DNA of 64,000 nucleotides from Dudresnaya verticillata (Eukaryota): NCBI GenBank assembly GCA_977862235.1, contig OZ374558.1, positions 3,410,001 to 3,474,000 of the forward strand, read 5' to 3'. Shown piece by piece: positions 21,896 to 32,135 of this stretch (position 1 is its first letter; each line of letters starts with the position of its first letter). The notes under the pieces were generated by a model. It saw only the letters and a program-made list of their open reading frames with translations, ran no database searches and was not told where the DNA came from. The position numbers and the translations under genes were made by a program.

Positions 21896-22455
21896 TACTC
21901 CTTTGTGCCTGGCTTTTTGCTACCGTTAGTAGCATCCTTAGCCAGACACTTAGCAGTTTCGATGATATATTTGGCAGAAAGCTCTTCATATACATCTGAG
22001 TAGGCGTCCGAGGGCACCTGATGGTGCTTGGCCTCAACACGAGTCTCGACGAGCTCCGCGATTTGGTTGGCCTGGCTCTGTCCTTTGCTGAGAACAGTCT
22101 GAAAGTGTGCAGTTCGCATCGCCAGAATCTCTTTGGCACCACCGAGACCTTCTTCGATGAGGCCCAGCAAGCGGGACTGCTTCTCTGGATCCGAGTCCGC
22201 TTTGATGACTTCGAGCGCAGCCTTGCACTGCTCCAGCCAACAACCCGCTGAATGGATGTACTCGAGTTCCTTTGCGTTGTGACGGTCCTTTCGGAAGGTC
22301 TCCAAGTACAGTGTCGTTTCGGGCTTGAAATATCCGACCTCATTCGGTAGAACGAGGCTGGAACGCGGCCACAATTCCTTGCGGCCAACCTTACCGGCAG
22401 CCAGCTGATGATTAACAACATCAACATAGTCATCATTGAGGTCTGAGCGGTTCAC
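21895..22455 (-). CDS. gag-like ORF1 of YR retrotransposon
   Basis: Helical/charged ORF of up to 186 aa, first in the element; its TAA overlaps the RT ATG. Identity assigned by position only; start uncertain. Confidence 0.65.
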   Translation of the reverse strand: MNRSDLNDDYVDVVNHQLAAGKVGRKELWPRSSLVLPNEVGYFKPETTLYLETFRKDRHNAKELEYIHSAGCWLEQCKAALEVIKADSDPEKQSRLLGLIEEGLGGAKEILAMRTAHFQTVLSKGQSQANQIAELVETRVEAKHHQVPSDAYSDVYEELSAKYIIETAKCLAKDATNGSKKPGTKE

Positions 22456-22495
22456 CTGTCCAACGGGACGGAAATCCTTTGTTCGAAAGTATCTT

Positions 22496-22773
22496 GAGAA
22501 CGAAGGAAAGAACTTAGGGGAGACGGAGGGGTTGTCTAAGCTGGACTGTAGTTCTTATATCCCCTCCAGAGCCTCTAAATTTGGTAACACCATATGGTTC
22601 AGCCCCAAACAGTTCAGTGCCAGATATAGTGCTAAACGTTGCACAGACCCGTAGAAACCCCTTTCTGGTAGAAGTTGTATAGGGTTGTTGCTGCTTCAGG
22701 ACGCTCGGCAGGGCTCGCTATCCCCAGTAAGGTCTTTTCACCAGTGTAGACGCATCGAGACACAAACTGAAAA
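22496..22773 (-). repeat. 5' direct repeat of YR retrotransposon
   Basis: Matches 18526-18803; begins TTTTCAG on the minus strand. Confidence 0.95.
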
Positions 22774-22984
22774 CTTTACGGAGCAGCTTTGAGAATGTCC
22801 CGCACAGCTTTGCTTGCGCTAAGCGTCATTTTGCTCAACGGAAGCTATGCATTGGGGGAGGGTAGAGCTATGATAAGCTGCAGCTATACGAAAGATATGA
22901 AGCGGTGTTATCTCATGGTAGCGACGCGCCGATGCAAGAAGACGGCTGGACAATAGCTACTGTAGCGATTAACTGTTGCACATG

Positions 22985-24315
22985 TTCCCTTTATGTACGG
23001 ACAGTGGGCGACGCAACGCCTTGCAGCGCAGAAGTCAGAAGGGGGGGTCGTGCAGGGATCTCCGCTAAGCCCAGTTTTGTTCAATTTGTTCATTGACCCT
23101 CTAGCGTACGCATTATGTGAGCGGCTGAACCGACCTGCGTCAAACTCGCCGGGCCGCCTGTTCGCAGATGGTTGCCTCCTCCATGGATCATCACCTGCAT
23201 TTATTCATACAGCACTCCAGGTCGGCGAAGAGTGGGCCCGAGATACAGGCATGTGTTGGTCCGTCAAGAAATGTGCCATCCTCATGCCGGCCCGGCGCCG
23301 CACACGCCCTAACAACTGCACATTCACCCTAAACAATGAGAGAATAGTGCATCAACAAAGTGTCCGCTACCTGGGAGTCGACATCTCAACGTCTGGAATC
23401 GGGACAGCCACAACTATACAGCGCGTAAGAAAAGCCCAACGTGCTGTAGGCGAGCTAGTGAGAATGGGTAACCTAAGCTCAACAATGCCTGCCCTGCCGC
23501 CCGATATGTCTACTCGGTCTTCATACGTCCAATAATAGAACACGCCCTAGCACTCGTCCCGTGCACACAAGACCTAACCCAAGCTCTCGACAAGCTCGAC
23601 GCACAGTTCCTCCCCGCCTATGTATCTCCCAAGCATCACCAGTCGTTACCGCACCTCGCTTACGTAAACTCCGAGCCCTGTACAGGCTGGAGCCCCCAAC
23701 ACTGCGACAAAGATCCCTACAACACAAACTCGTTCACAGCCTGCGCCGCTTGACCAAGCGGCAGAACACCCCAGCCTCATGGCAGGCACGTAGGACACTT
23801 ATGGAGCTATCGATCTTCCGATGTCCAGACATCCAACAGAGTCCCCACCAAGGTACGTCACCTAAAACACTCGCAATAAGGGAATGGACCAGGGATCTAT
23901 CAGGAAGAAGAACGGCGCTAGTTTACAGCTACCACCGGTTACCTCTAGCCCTGGAACTCCCGGACCACCAAGACAGGAAGCTAGCCACGCTCTGGCATCT
24001 TGGGACTTTCCCGATCCCACCCAGCTGTCAAGCTGCCCGCCTCGCGATGCGACCGCACACGAAGACCCTGTCACTCCTGTCACTTCAAGACCCCGATCCA
24101 TCTGCCGCCCACCGCGTCTGTGACGCCCTGCGGGCCATCCGTAGTATATGCTCCGAAGACTAACCCTCACCGCCTACCTCCCAGTAGACCTGCCCACCGA
24201 CCACAGCCACCCCATCCAGTAGTGTACCACTTCCTGCTCTCCAAAAGCACGTGTGCCAGCAAATGGGCCAAACTCGCCCACGCAGGACCACGCTAAACAA
24301 CAAATAAAATACAAC
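22985..24315 (+). mobile_element. 5'-truncated non-LTR retrotransposon (LINE family A): RT domains 4-7, C-terminus and 3' UTR
   Basis: GVVQGSPLSPVLFNLFID, LFADG (degenerate FADD), SVKKC, YLGV; frameshifts; A-rich end. Confidence 0.85.
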
Positions 24316-24589
24316 AACACATGTCCACTGCTGAGTATAACAATGATCAACAACCATTCTGATATTATCCGTTCGTGAGTCTGTCGGTCTCGGCATGTCT
24401 TTTTCGGTGTCGCTTGTTCCTGTCTGTCACGTTCTTCCATCCTTGTAATGTATGTAGTATCTTCGCGCAGGTGGAAGGGTGAAAATGTATTACTGTATGA
24501 TGTAGAGTTATCATTCCCCTGTCCTCACCGAGTACAGCTTTGCCGTCGAACGACATCTGCCCCACGAGCGCGTCGCTAAATGGATATAC

Positions 24590-25040
24590 AACAGTGGCAC
24601 AACCTGGCCCCCATGCCCCCATAGCACAAGCATATGACGTGACGGTCGCCACCCCATTTGCCGACAACTACCGTCCTGCCTCCTCCAAAACCGCTGGCGT
24701 CGCTGCAGCATGGAGGAGCGGCCGAAAGTTTCCTACTACCGCTATTTACTGCTCGGAGAACATGCAGTTCCACGCTATCAGAATTCACACCTATGGCGCC
24801 CTTGGACCCCAAGCACGTGAGGTTCTCGCTTTTATTAATAACTATGCCGCCACAATCCGTGGCACAAGCCCTTGTGCAGGGATTTATACCCTCACTGTGC
24901 GTTTTGAGTCGACCCTTCTCCGGTACCAAGCCCTGGTGATTGACCGGCGGCGAATTCGTTCCTACCTAGACCATCCCTCTCCGAGAGCTCCGTAGAGCTC
25001 CTCCTGACCTCCTCAATAAAGTTACCCATTCTCTCTCTTT
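24590..25040 (+). mobile_element. 3' fragment of restriction-like-endonuclease (CRE/R2-type) non-LTR element
   Basis: YDVTVATP...K...F....TYGALG pattern, then AATAAA and (CT)n. Confidence 0.7.
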
Positions 25041-25384
25041 TGAACAGCATATCGGTGGTTATATGGTTCAAGGAGCTTGAATCGTAAGTATGTAGCTACG
25101 AGCAACTCTGAAAACATGGGGATGAGAGAGAAAACAAAGCCCAGCCTCAAGATTTAACTTGAATGAGGAAGGGATGAATAAAACGGGTCAATAGGAACTC
25201 TACTATACTCCTATTGATAAGTAGAAATATATCTAGACGAGAACGGCAGCTTTTGATGACCATATCTTGATAATCGTTGAGAAGAATGCAGACAGTGATG
25301 TGGGTAGTGCACGAGAGGGTGAAACGAAGGGTTTCTCCTGAAAGCCCAGCGCTAGAGCGCCGATCCTTCTTAGCCAGTCTACAT

Positions 25385-25708
25385 CTAGCGGCACTTGTAT
25401 CCCGAGCAGCGGCTGCCTCGACAGCATGTGAAACTAGAGTTACCAGGTATGCAGAACTCTCCCTTCTGCCTGCAATTCCCTGGCGCTATGCCTGAAGTAC
25501 ATCGATAGCTCGCGCAAAGCAAACCCGAGCAGCATCTGTAAAATGAACTTGACCTTATGCAGAACGAGCCCTTACGGCGACAACTGGCCCGGAGAATAGA
25601 ACTCAAAGGCTTATCCTCATTCTCGGTTTGTGCGGCTGGGACTGCAACGGCGTACTTAAAAGAGGTAGCAACTGAAACGATGAACAGAAGACAGATAAGT
25701 TTGAACAT
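25385..25708 (-). CDS. Secreted precursor with two tandem knottin/ICK-like domains (107 aa)
   Basis: Signal MFKLICLLFIVSVATS, acidic pro-segment ending SILR, then two C-x6-C-x8-CC-x4-C-x4-C units. Confidence 0.85.
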   Translation of the reverse strand: MFKLICLLFIVSVATSFKYAVAVPAAQTENEDKPLSSILRASCRRKGSFCIRSSSFYRCCSGLLCASYRCTSGIAPGNCRQKGEFCIPGNSSFTCCRGSRCSGYKCR

Positions 25709-25832
25709 TTTGTGTTTCAACGTTGAGGATCCAGGATAGAAGGAGGGGAAAAAGAGACAGATCAAAGGACGAGTGCGCTCGTTGGGGGTGGTTGCAATTT
25801 GGAGTTGGTATAGCTTCGGGGGCGTCCGCAGT

Positions 25833-25841
25833 ATTTATATA
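25833..25841 (-). promoter_or_regulatory. TATA box of knottin gene
   Basis: TATATAAAT on the minus strand about 125 bp upstream of the ATG, followed by a pyrimidine-rich leader. Confidence 0.6.
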
Positions 25842-26438
25842 GCTTGTTCCGTTGGAGTTCCGTAACCTTTGTGCCCTTACAGCCAGCAAGCTCGTTTCTT
25901 TGTTCTGTATTCAGCAGCAATAGAGATTTTGTAATGCGCATAGGCTCTCCATTATTGATTCTCTGCTATGGAAGATATTCTATGTGCACACCAAAGAACT
26001 GATGAATAGCGGCAGATATTAAACGCAGAAATCGGTATTGAACAAGAATGTCGGGCATTGACTGGGCGGTGTGGATGCGCGTCACATTTGAAGCGAGCCA
26101 TGTGGGTCGAAGCACTTGATGGATGCTTCGAAGCATATGTTGAAACCGCCGACTAAGTAGGCGATTATTCGTCTTTTGATACTGTCGATACGAAATACAA
26201 CTTAAGCTGTCATCACCATCCCACAGCCGCCGAACCCATCGGACCAGCAAGCTTGGGATTGAACACGCCTAAGGTTAAGGCTCTGGATTCTCCTTCCAAG
26301 CGCAAGTGCAAAGTACCCGGTTATGTACCCCCGGCACCATAAACGACGACGTTAGCACACTTTGAGCTGTCCAAGTTAAACAAGTGTATGTTTAGTTTAC
26401 AACAAGCACAGGCAACTACACTTGAGCAATACATTAAT

Positions 26439-26587
26439 ATGCACAACAAGAGAGCATCCCCTTAATGCACAACAAGCATGAATCCCATAAGTTCCTCATA
26501 TATATATCTCTCTCTTTATTATGCACAACAAGTCAGATGCACAACAAGTCAGATGCACAACAAGTCAGATGCACAACAAGACAGATG
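26439..26587. repeat. 16-bp minisatellite ATGCACAACAAGTCAG x4 plus degenerate copies
   Basis: Tandem at 26521-26587; partial units at 26439 and 26466. Confidence 0.9.
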
Positions 26588-26950
26588 GAGACCTTAATGG
26601 AAAATGACCGCACCCAATCAAATTTTTTGACTGTGGAGTCAGATGATCTCAAAAGGACAGCAGCGCACTCGCCGAGAAGCTCACTGTTGTTTCTCGTCTT
26701 TCGTCGCATGTTATTGAAATATGTCGGCGTTATCATCTATCGTAGGCGCTTGAGAATGAGAGACTTCGTTTCTACGCAGACTTGACAACGATACAACACT
26801 CGCATCCAATAACAGTAATACATACCGTACGCAGTACAACAGTAAAAATAGGTGTTGCTGAGTTTAGAGAGATAGTAACGTAAAGAACAACAGTATGATT
26901 AAACAGGGAGTAAATCGAATGCTGTTAATAGGACCTACCGGGGGCACCAT

Positions 26951-27102
26951 CATGGTCCCAACGGCTCAGATCTGGACAACGCGGTTGAGGGCTGGTGTCT
27001 TCAGCGACGCTACAATCAATTGCAGTCATGGTCCCAACGGCTCAGATCTGGACAACGCAGTTGAAGGCTGGCGTCTTCAGGGGCGCTACAATCAATTGCA
27101 GC
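26951..27102. repeat. 76-bp tandem duplication
   Basis: catggtcccaacggctcagatctggacaacgc... at 26951 and 27027 with a few transitions. Confidence 0.9.
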
Positions 27103-27872
27103 AACGCAACTGCACTTCTGCTGCAGCGCAAATCGGAGCGACAAGCAGCCTTGAACCCACCGCTTTCGTCAAACTTGATTATAAGTTGCGTTTCATGACT
27201 CCGTCGCCCACGCTCAACTTTGCTCGCTGCGTCGCGAAGCAAATCGCTTTGCATTACCAACGAGTGAACGACCTACTCCGGCCTTACCCATTTCCTGGGC
27301 CACCTTTGCGGCCAAAATGTTGTATCGTCGCGTGAGCCGTACGTAATACGTGCTTTGCTATTGTAGAATCATTGTGAGTGATCGAACCGATCCGTCGTTT
27401 GCCTTCATTGCATTTACTACGAGCCGCGAACCTCAACCCCGGTAGGAATAAGAATGGGAATGGCTGGCAAGCATGAACTTGTCCATGAACAGTCCGAACT
27501 ACAGAACAATGTGCTTTGTGATGTAGCCCCCTGCACTTCCAAGAGATAATATCCACTCTGCGATTAATCGCTTATCTTTATCCCACTCCGTCCATGCAAA
27601 CGCATGCAACGCCACAAGTTCCACAACCCTTCTCTAGCAGCTCTGGCTCAAAGTCCACCACAAATTTATACCAGCTGCAACATGCAACTATGGTACGAAC
27701 AATCCGATCTCGTTAAGAAGCAGCAGTTGAGTTAACCTTTATCTTTCAAGTTAATACTGGTGCCTAATCATTCTACAACATCTCCCCACTTGCCTTCAAC
27801 TACACCAGTTGCAGCCATGAGGCTAGTTCTTTTCGAATCTGCTATCGGACCTTTGATTCGGTCCTGGCGAGA

Positions 27873-29423
27873 CTAGGCCGAACCTGGACCGCCACATGTG
27901 CCTAACCATTCGACCACCGGTGGTGTCCATTTGGGCAAAATATCACCTGTGCCTCGCGCAGGTGGTAATGCTTCGTCCTCGGGAGCGTAAATCCGCATCG
28001 TGAGCGCTATTGCGTCTGCTGTTGCCGCCGGCAACCAAAAGCCGTCCCCGCTTGGACTATCGCCGTCAAAGGCCGCGCGGTTGTCACAGCCGATGTAGAT
28101 GTCGACGGCGCGATCGGTGTTGGGCTCCAGCTCCCAGCTGTGGACGGCATATCGTTGTTCTGAATTCTCGACAAAGTACCCTGCCTTGTCGTAGAGCGAA
28201 ACGGACCAGAACCCGTCGAACCGTGACACGACGGGTGGGGTCTCTTCCTTGGCAAACCGTAGTCGGTAGCGCTGCCCACCCCGGAGGAGCGTTTTGCGAT
28301 CATCAGAGGTAGCAGTTGGGTACATACCGTCTTTGGGAAGGTTGGCGCCAAAACCGACGAGTGCCACTGCGGCCCGGCGCAGGTAGTCTTCGCCGTATTC
28401 GCCGATATTACGCAGCACAAGGGTCCAGCCGTCGATCTGTTGTCCAAGACCGCTCTCCACGTAGGCGCGCATGCTGCGCAGTGCTGCCTCTGGAGCAGGT
28501 TTCATGGCTACCGACATGGCCACCGAAGGGTTAAAAGGCTTGCCGGGCGCGAAGCCGAGCACTTCCTCAAAGTGGACCAGCAGTGCATCGTCCGCGGCAT
28601 AGCCGGGGTTGTCCGCCATCAACGTTGCCAACTCGCTCAAGAAGCGGCGCATATCCATGTTTCTGACGATCTCCGGCGGCGTCGGAGCACCCGGCAAGAC
28701 GAGACCCAGTGGCCCCTTACCCACATTACTTAAAGAAAAGCTCTTCTTGCATTTGCTGCGATCGCCGTTCTGAAAATCATTCAATGAGCGCAGGCAGTAG
28801 CCCTTCTGAATGCGAAGGACGTCTTGGAGGTCCTGTTTTCCCTGCTTGATGCGTGTGCGACCAAGAACCCAAACCATGTTGGTATCGACACGATAAATGC
28901 GGCTGACGCCGGCGACCCTGCCTTTGTAGCCCGGTCCCACTATGGCGAAGCTCTGTGCTTGCGAGCCGGTGTTGGCGATACCAGGGCTATCGGGGTTCGA
29001 GGTAGACCAGCCGTCCAAGAGTTGCAACAAGTAGAAGCGGTCTTGCACCTCCGGGACATCGAGGATCTGCGGACCGTTGGTTAGATCCAGGAAGGCATCC
29101 GAGTAGAGCGTGTCCAAGTTTGGACGGACGACGTTTTTGTCGGTCGGTTCGGGACGGGTGCGCTTGTGCAGGAAGCGATTGATTTCGGCGCCGGGATGCT
29201 GCAATAGCGCCCGCTTCGTGTATTCCATTAGCATAAGAGGGTAACCGTAGACGTATGCTTGCTGGGCGGTTTGGCAAATCTTGCTAGCTTGGCACTTGTC
29301 TGCTGCACGAAGAAGGGGCTGACGAAGGGTCGGCATGACTCGAGCTTGTTCGATGGGCACACTGGTCGAGATTGCGATCGTAGCGACCACGATGGCGGCG
29401 GAGCAAATCCAGTTCGATATCAT
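27873..29423 (-). CDS. Secreted DUF1254/DUF1214 protein, copy 1 (516 aa)
   Basis: AYVYGYPL, VVRPNLDTLYS, DRFYLLQLLDGW, IGEYGEDYLRRAAVALVGFGAN, GFWSVSLYD and MRIYAP are typical of bacterial DUF1254+DUF1214 proteins; N-terminal signal peptide. Confidence 0.9.
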   Translation of the reverse strand: MISNWICSAAIVVATIAISTSVPIEQARVMPTLRQPLLRAADKCQASKICQTAQQAYVYGYPLMLMEYTKRALLQHPGAEINRFLHKRTRPEPTDKNVVRPNLDTLYSDAFLDLTNGPQILDVPEVQDRFYLLQLLDGWSTSNPDSPGIANTGSQAQSFAIVGPGYKGRVAGVSRIYRVDTNMVWVLGRTRIKQGKQDLQDVLRIQKGYCLRSLNDFQNGDRSKCKKSFSLSNVGKGPLGLVLPGAPTPPEIVRNMDMRRFLSELATLMADNPGYAADDALLVHFEEVLGFAPGKPFNPSVAMSVAMKPAPEAALRSMRAYVESGLGQQIDGWTLVLRNIGEYGEDYLRRAAVALVGFGANLPKDGMYPTATSDDRKTLLRGGQRYRLRFAKEETPPVVSRFDGFWSVSLYDKAGYFVENSEQRYAVHSWELEPNTDRAVDIYIGCDNRAAFDGDSPSGDGFWLPAATADAIALTMRIYAPEDEALPPARGTGDILPKWTPPVVEWLGTCGGPGSA

Positions 29424-29538
29424 TTTGTTCTAGTGCGGTTGTGATGGAGACAAGTTGGTCAATAGGGGAAGTTGAGGATGTGTGTGTTGGTGTGAGAGGG
29501 AGAGCCGGCATTGAATAGAGCATGGGTAGGGCGGAGTG

Positions 29539-29545
29539 TTATATA
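29539..29545 (-). promoter_or_regulatory. TATA box of DUF1254 copy 1 (also at 41462-41468 for copy 2)
   Basis: TATATAA on the minus strand about 116 bp upstream of the ATG in both copies. Confidence 0.55.
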
Positions 29546-30033
29546 GGACATTTTCTTCGCGCTACCAGCAGACCCTAGAGGGGAAGTTGCTTGGTAGTGG
29601 AAGAGGATGTTTCAGTGGCGCTGTCACAAAGCTGACATGTTTTCGATGCAGCTCAGCATGCCGCCGTCAGCGTTCGCGAGGGCGGTTGAGGTAGCTGCTT
29701 ATTACCTCGGAAGGTACAAGGAGAGAGTCTAAACTTCAGCTCTTTGTCGGACAGCGCGAGCTCTCCCATGGCGCGGGGACAGGCGGCCGCAGTCGGGAAA
29801 AGAAAACAGCGAATGGGATTGCAGGAATGGCTTGCGCCATTGTAATTGGATAATTGACCGGCGATCCAGTTGTGGCGGTCCAATCGGCATCGCGCGCGGC
29901 ACAAGTCGTCAAAGTCGCTCGTCGGTACCAATCTCATGACGTCGCTCAACGGCAGACGCTCCGAGGCCGCTGCACCACTGGCTCGGAATTTTATGTCGCG
30001 ATCGCCATCACCGGAGGTGCGATCGCACCATCC

Positions 30034-30510
30034 AGCGCTCTCTTCGCACCGAAATGGGAGTTGCTTTAACGCTCGCCGCAAATGCCTCAGGGGACGACTA
30101 TACGGCTGTGTTGGACCTCCAGAAAGCATACGACTCTGTCGACCGCCACAAACTCTTACATGTATGCTCTGACCGCCTCCCGCCCCATCTGGTGGCCAGG
30201 GTTGCAACGACTTTGGGACAGTTGTATGTACGCACCGCCGGTGACGCTACCAGCACGCAAGCCTCTATAACTTGCGGCGTAATCCAGGGTTCCCCTTTAA
30301 GCCCAGTGTTATTCAACTTGTTTATTGATTCCCTCGCATACTCACTGTGCGAGAAACTTGATCGTTCTGCAGGAGCCCTACCAGGCGACTATTCGCTGAT
30401 GACTGCATATTACAAGTCAACTCGGCCTATGCTCTCCGTACTGCGCTCCAAATTTGCCAAGACTGGGCTCAACGCAACGGAATAACCTGGTCTATCCGCA
30501 AATGTGATGC
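30034..30510 (+). mobile_element. LINE family A internal RT fragment
   Basis: VLDLQKAYDSVD, GVIQGSPLSPVLFNLFID, then LFADD after a frameshift. Confidence 0.85.
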
Positions 30511-30512
30511 TT

Positions 30513-31455
30513 CATATTTATTGATTGTTTTAGGTGGTCCTGCGCGGGCGACAAAGGCCCAATTGCAGGCACACCGGCCCTAGGCCCGGCAAGGGCTGGG
30601 CGCGTTGCCCGTGTCACTTAAGGGGGTGGGAGGCGGCGTGGGGAAGGGTATTCCCTCTCACACAGCTGACGGATGGTGTCAATAGCCGATGATATTGCCA
30701 TCAGGTTCGAAGAGGAAGGGGTATCCAGTGATAGTTTCCGTAGCAATCTAGCAGGGTCCTGAAGAGTCTTGCGGGCGGTAGGGCACTTGGGTGGAATTGG
30801 AAACGAACATAAGTGCCAGCGGATGGCGAGTAGGCGGTTTTGGTAGTCAGGGAGCATTAGAGCCGTGGGCAGGCTTGCGGTTTCGGAGACAGGGGCTGGT
30901 CGTGGGCCGGTGAACGCAGATTTCCATTCAGCGATGCAATCCATGTGCAGTGCTGGGAGGTTGGGAGAGTGCTGGGCCATGGTGCGGAGCGCACGGGTGC
31001 CGATAGTTGAGAGAGCCTGGAGGGTTTGGGTGGCGCGCCATCTGTAGAGGGAGTTAGGTGAATGGGCACATCGTTGGAGGGACTTCACGAGCTTCGCTTG
31101 AACAATGCGCTGGCGGAGTTTCGGCAAGGGTATGCGGAACAGCGCTCTGAGCTTCCGTAGGCGCAGGGACGGCATCCGTGTGGTACGCTGTGAGATGAAC
31201 AGTCGGAAGAACGCTGCATCGAGGCTGTCGATGGCTTCTGTGACAGTATTCGTGTAGGGGACTAGCGCACAGCCATGTTCGTAGAGGGGTCGCAAGAGGG
31301 TTCCGTAGACGAACTTGACTGCAGGGGCTGGCATTCTAGCAGACACGAATCCCAAGTTCGAGAGCGATCGTAGCATACTCTTTGCTGTAGTGATCCGGGA
31401 AAGTGTTGGGTGAGTGGTCAGTCCCGTTGTTGACAGGGAAACGCCAAAATGTGCT
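30513..31455 (-). mobile_element. LINE family A 3' fragment
   Basis: ORF homologous to 23561-24163 and 38747-39460 (LRKLRALF, LAIRWHLCSFPIPP); 3' UTR like 24250-24310. Confidence 0.8.
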
Positions 31456-31466
31456 GTGATCTTACC

Positions 31467-32076
31467 TGTTACACATAGCGCTCGCACTGTTTGGGAGTAC
31501 TCCCTAGAATGGGATCCCAACGCGCACACGCGACGCTGCAGGTGAATTCCCTAGAATGGGAGCCTGCTGGGGAACGCACTGCTGAACAATGGCAGACCCC
31601 ACGGCCGATCATGGCTATCGCGCACAGACCTGGTGAACCTGCACAAGGCAGAACTGCCGGTCTGACAATGCGAATTTGCGTCCCTTCGGACAAGCCTCTA
31701 CATCTTATTGGCTAACGCTCAGGGTCCCCTGACAACAGGGTTCAGACCTGAACGACTTTCCGCCCGTCCCCGACCCACTGTGGGACGGCGGGTGTGAACA
31801 CATCCACCTGCTCAGGTCTATCTGACTTGGAGCGGATCCCGCGAGCATGCGGGCCACAAATACTGTGGGTCGCTTTGAGCCGTCCGGCTGTAGAAATAAT
31901 AAAGGCAGCACGCTGGCGTCGAACGACGACGACGAGGGTCATGACACCACTCCTCATCCACGCCGTGACTTTGCCCTCCACTTTGCCAACCCCAACTTTC
32001 TCTCTACCAGCCTTTTACTTTTCCTTTTCACGTTCGCGATCTACTGCTTCGAAGGCAAAAGCGGTTACGCGTCACA
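31467..32076 (+). repeat. Gypsy 5' LTR
   Basis: TGTTACA...GTCACA; about 6 substitutions versus the 3' LTR. Confidence 0.96.
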
Positions 32077-32135
32077 GTAATTACTTTTCCCGGGAGTAGT
32101 TTCGTTTTTGTTGACGAAGCGAGATCGTGTTAACG

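Larger units (their letters stand above)
18526..22773 (-). mobile_element. DIRS/PAT-like tyrosine-recombinase retrotransposon, full-length but frameshifted
   Basis: gag-like, RT/RNase H, Dam-like methyltransferase and YR ORFs in canonical order on the minus strand, between 278-bp direct repeats; no TSD seen. Confidence 0.92.
27764..30033. repeat. Segmental duplication copy 1 (about 2.3 kb; gene plus promoter)
   Basis: Colinear with 39687-42000, from ctaatcattctacaac to gatcgcaccatcc. Confidence 0.92.

Noticed and set aside
21201..22436. 411-aa ORF overlapping gag and RT
   Set aside because: Alternate-frame, Ser/Arg-rich translation with no motifs; cannot be supported, although overlapping ORFs do occur in DIRS elements.
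26439..27102. Possible CRISPR array
   Set aside because: Head-to-tail repeats without unique spacers, no cas genes, eukaryotic context.
30034..31455. Opposed LINE pieces as a twin-priming inversion
   Set aside because: The pieces converge with 3' ends inward; twin priming leaves 3' ends outward. Two independent insertions are simpler.
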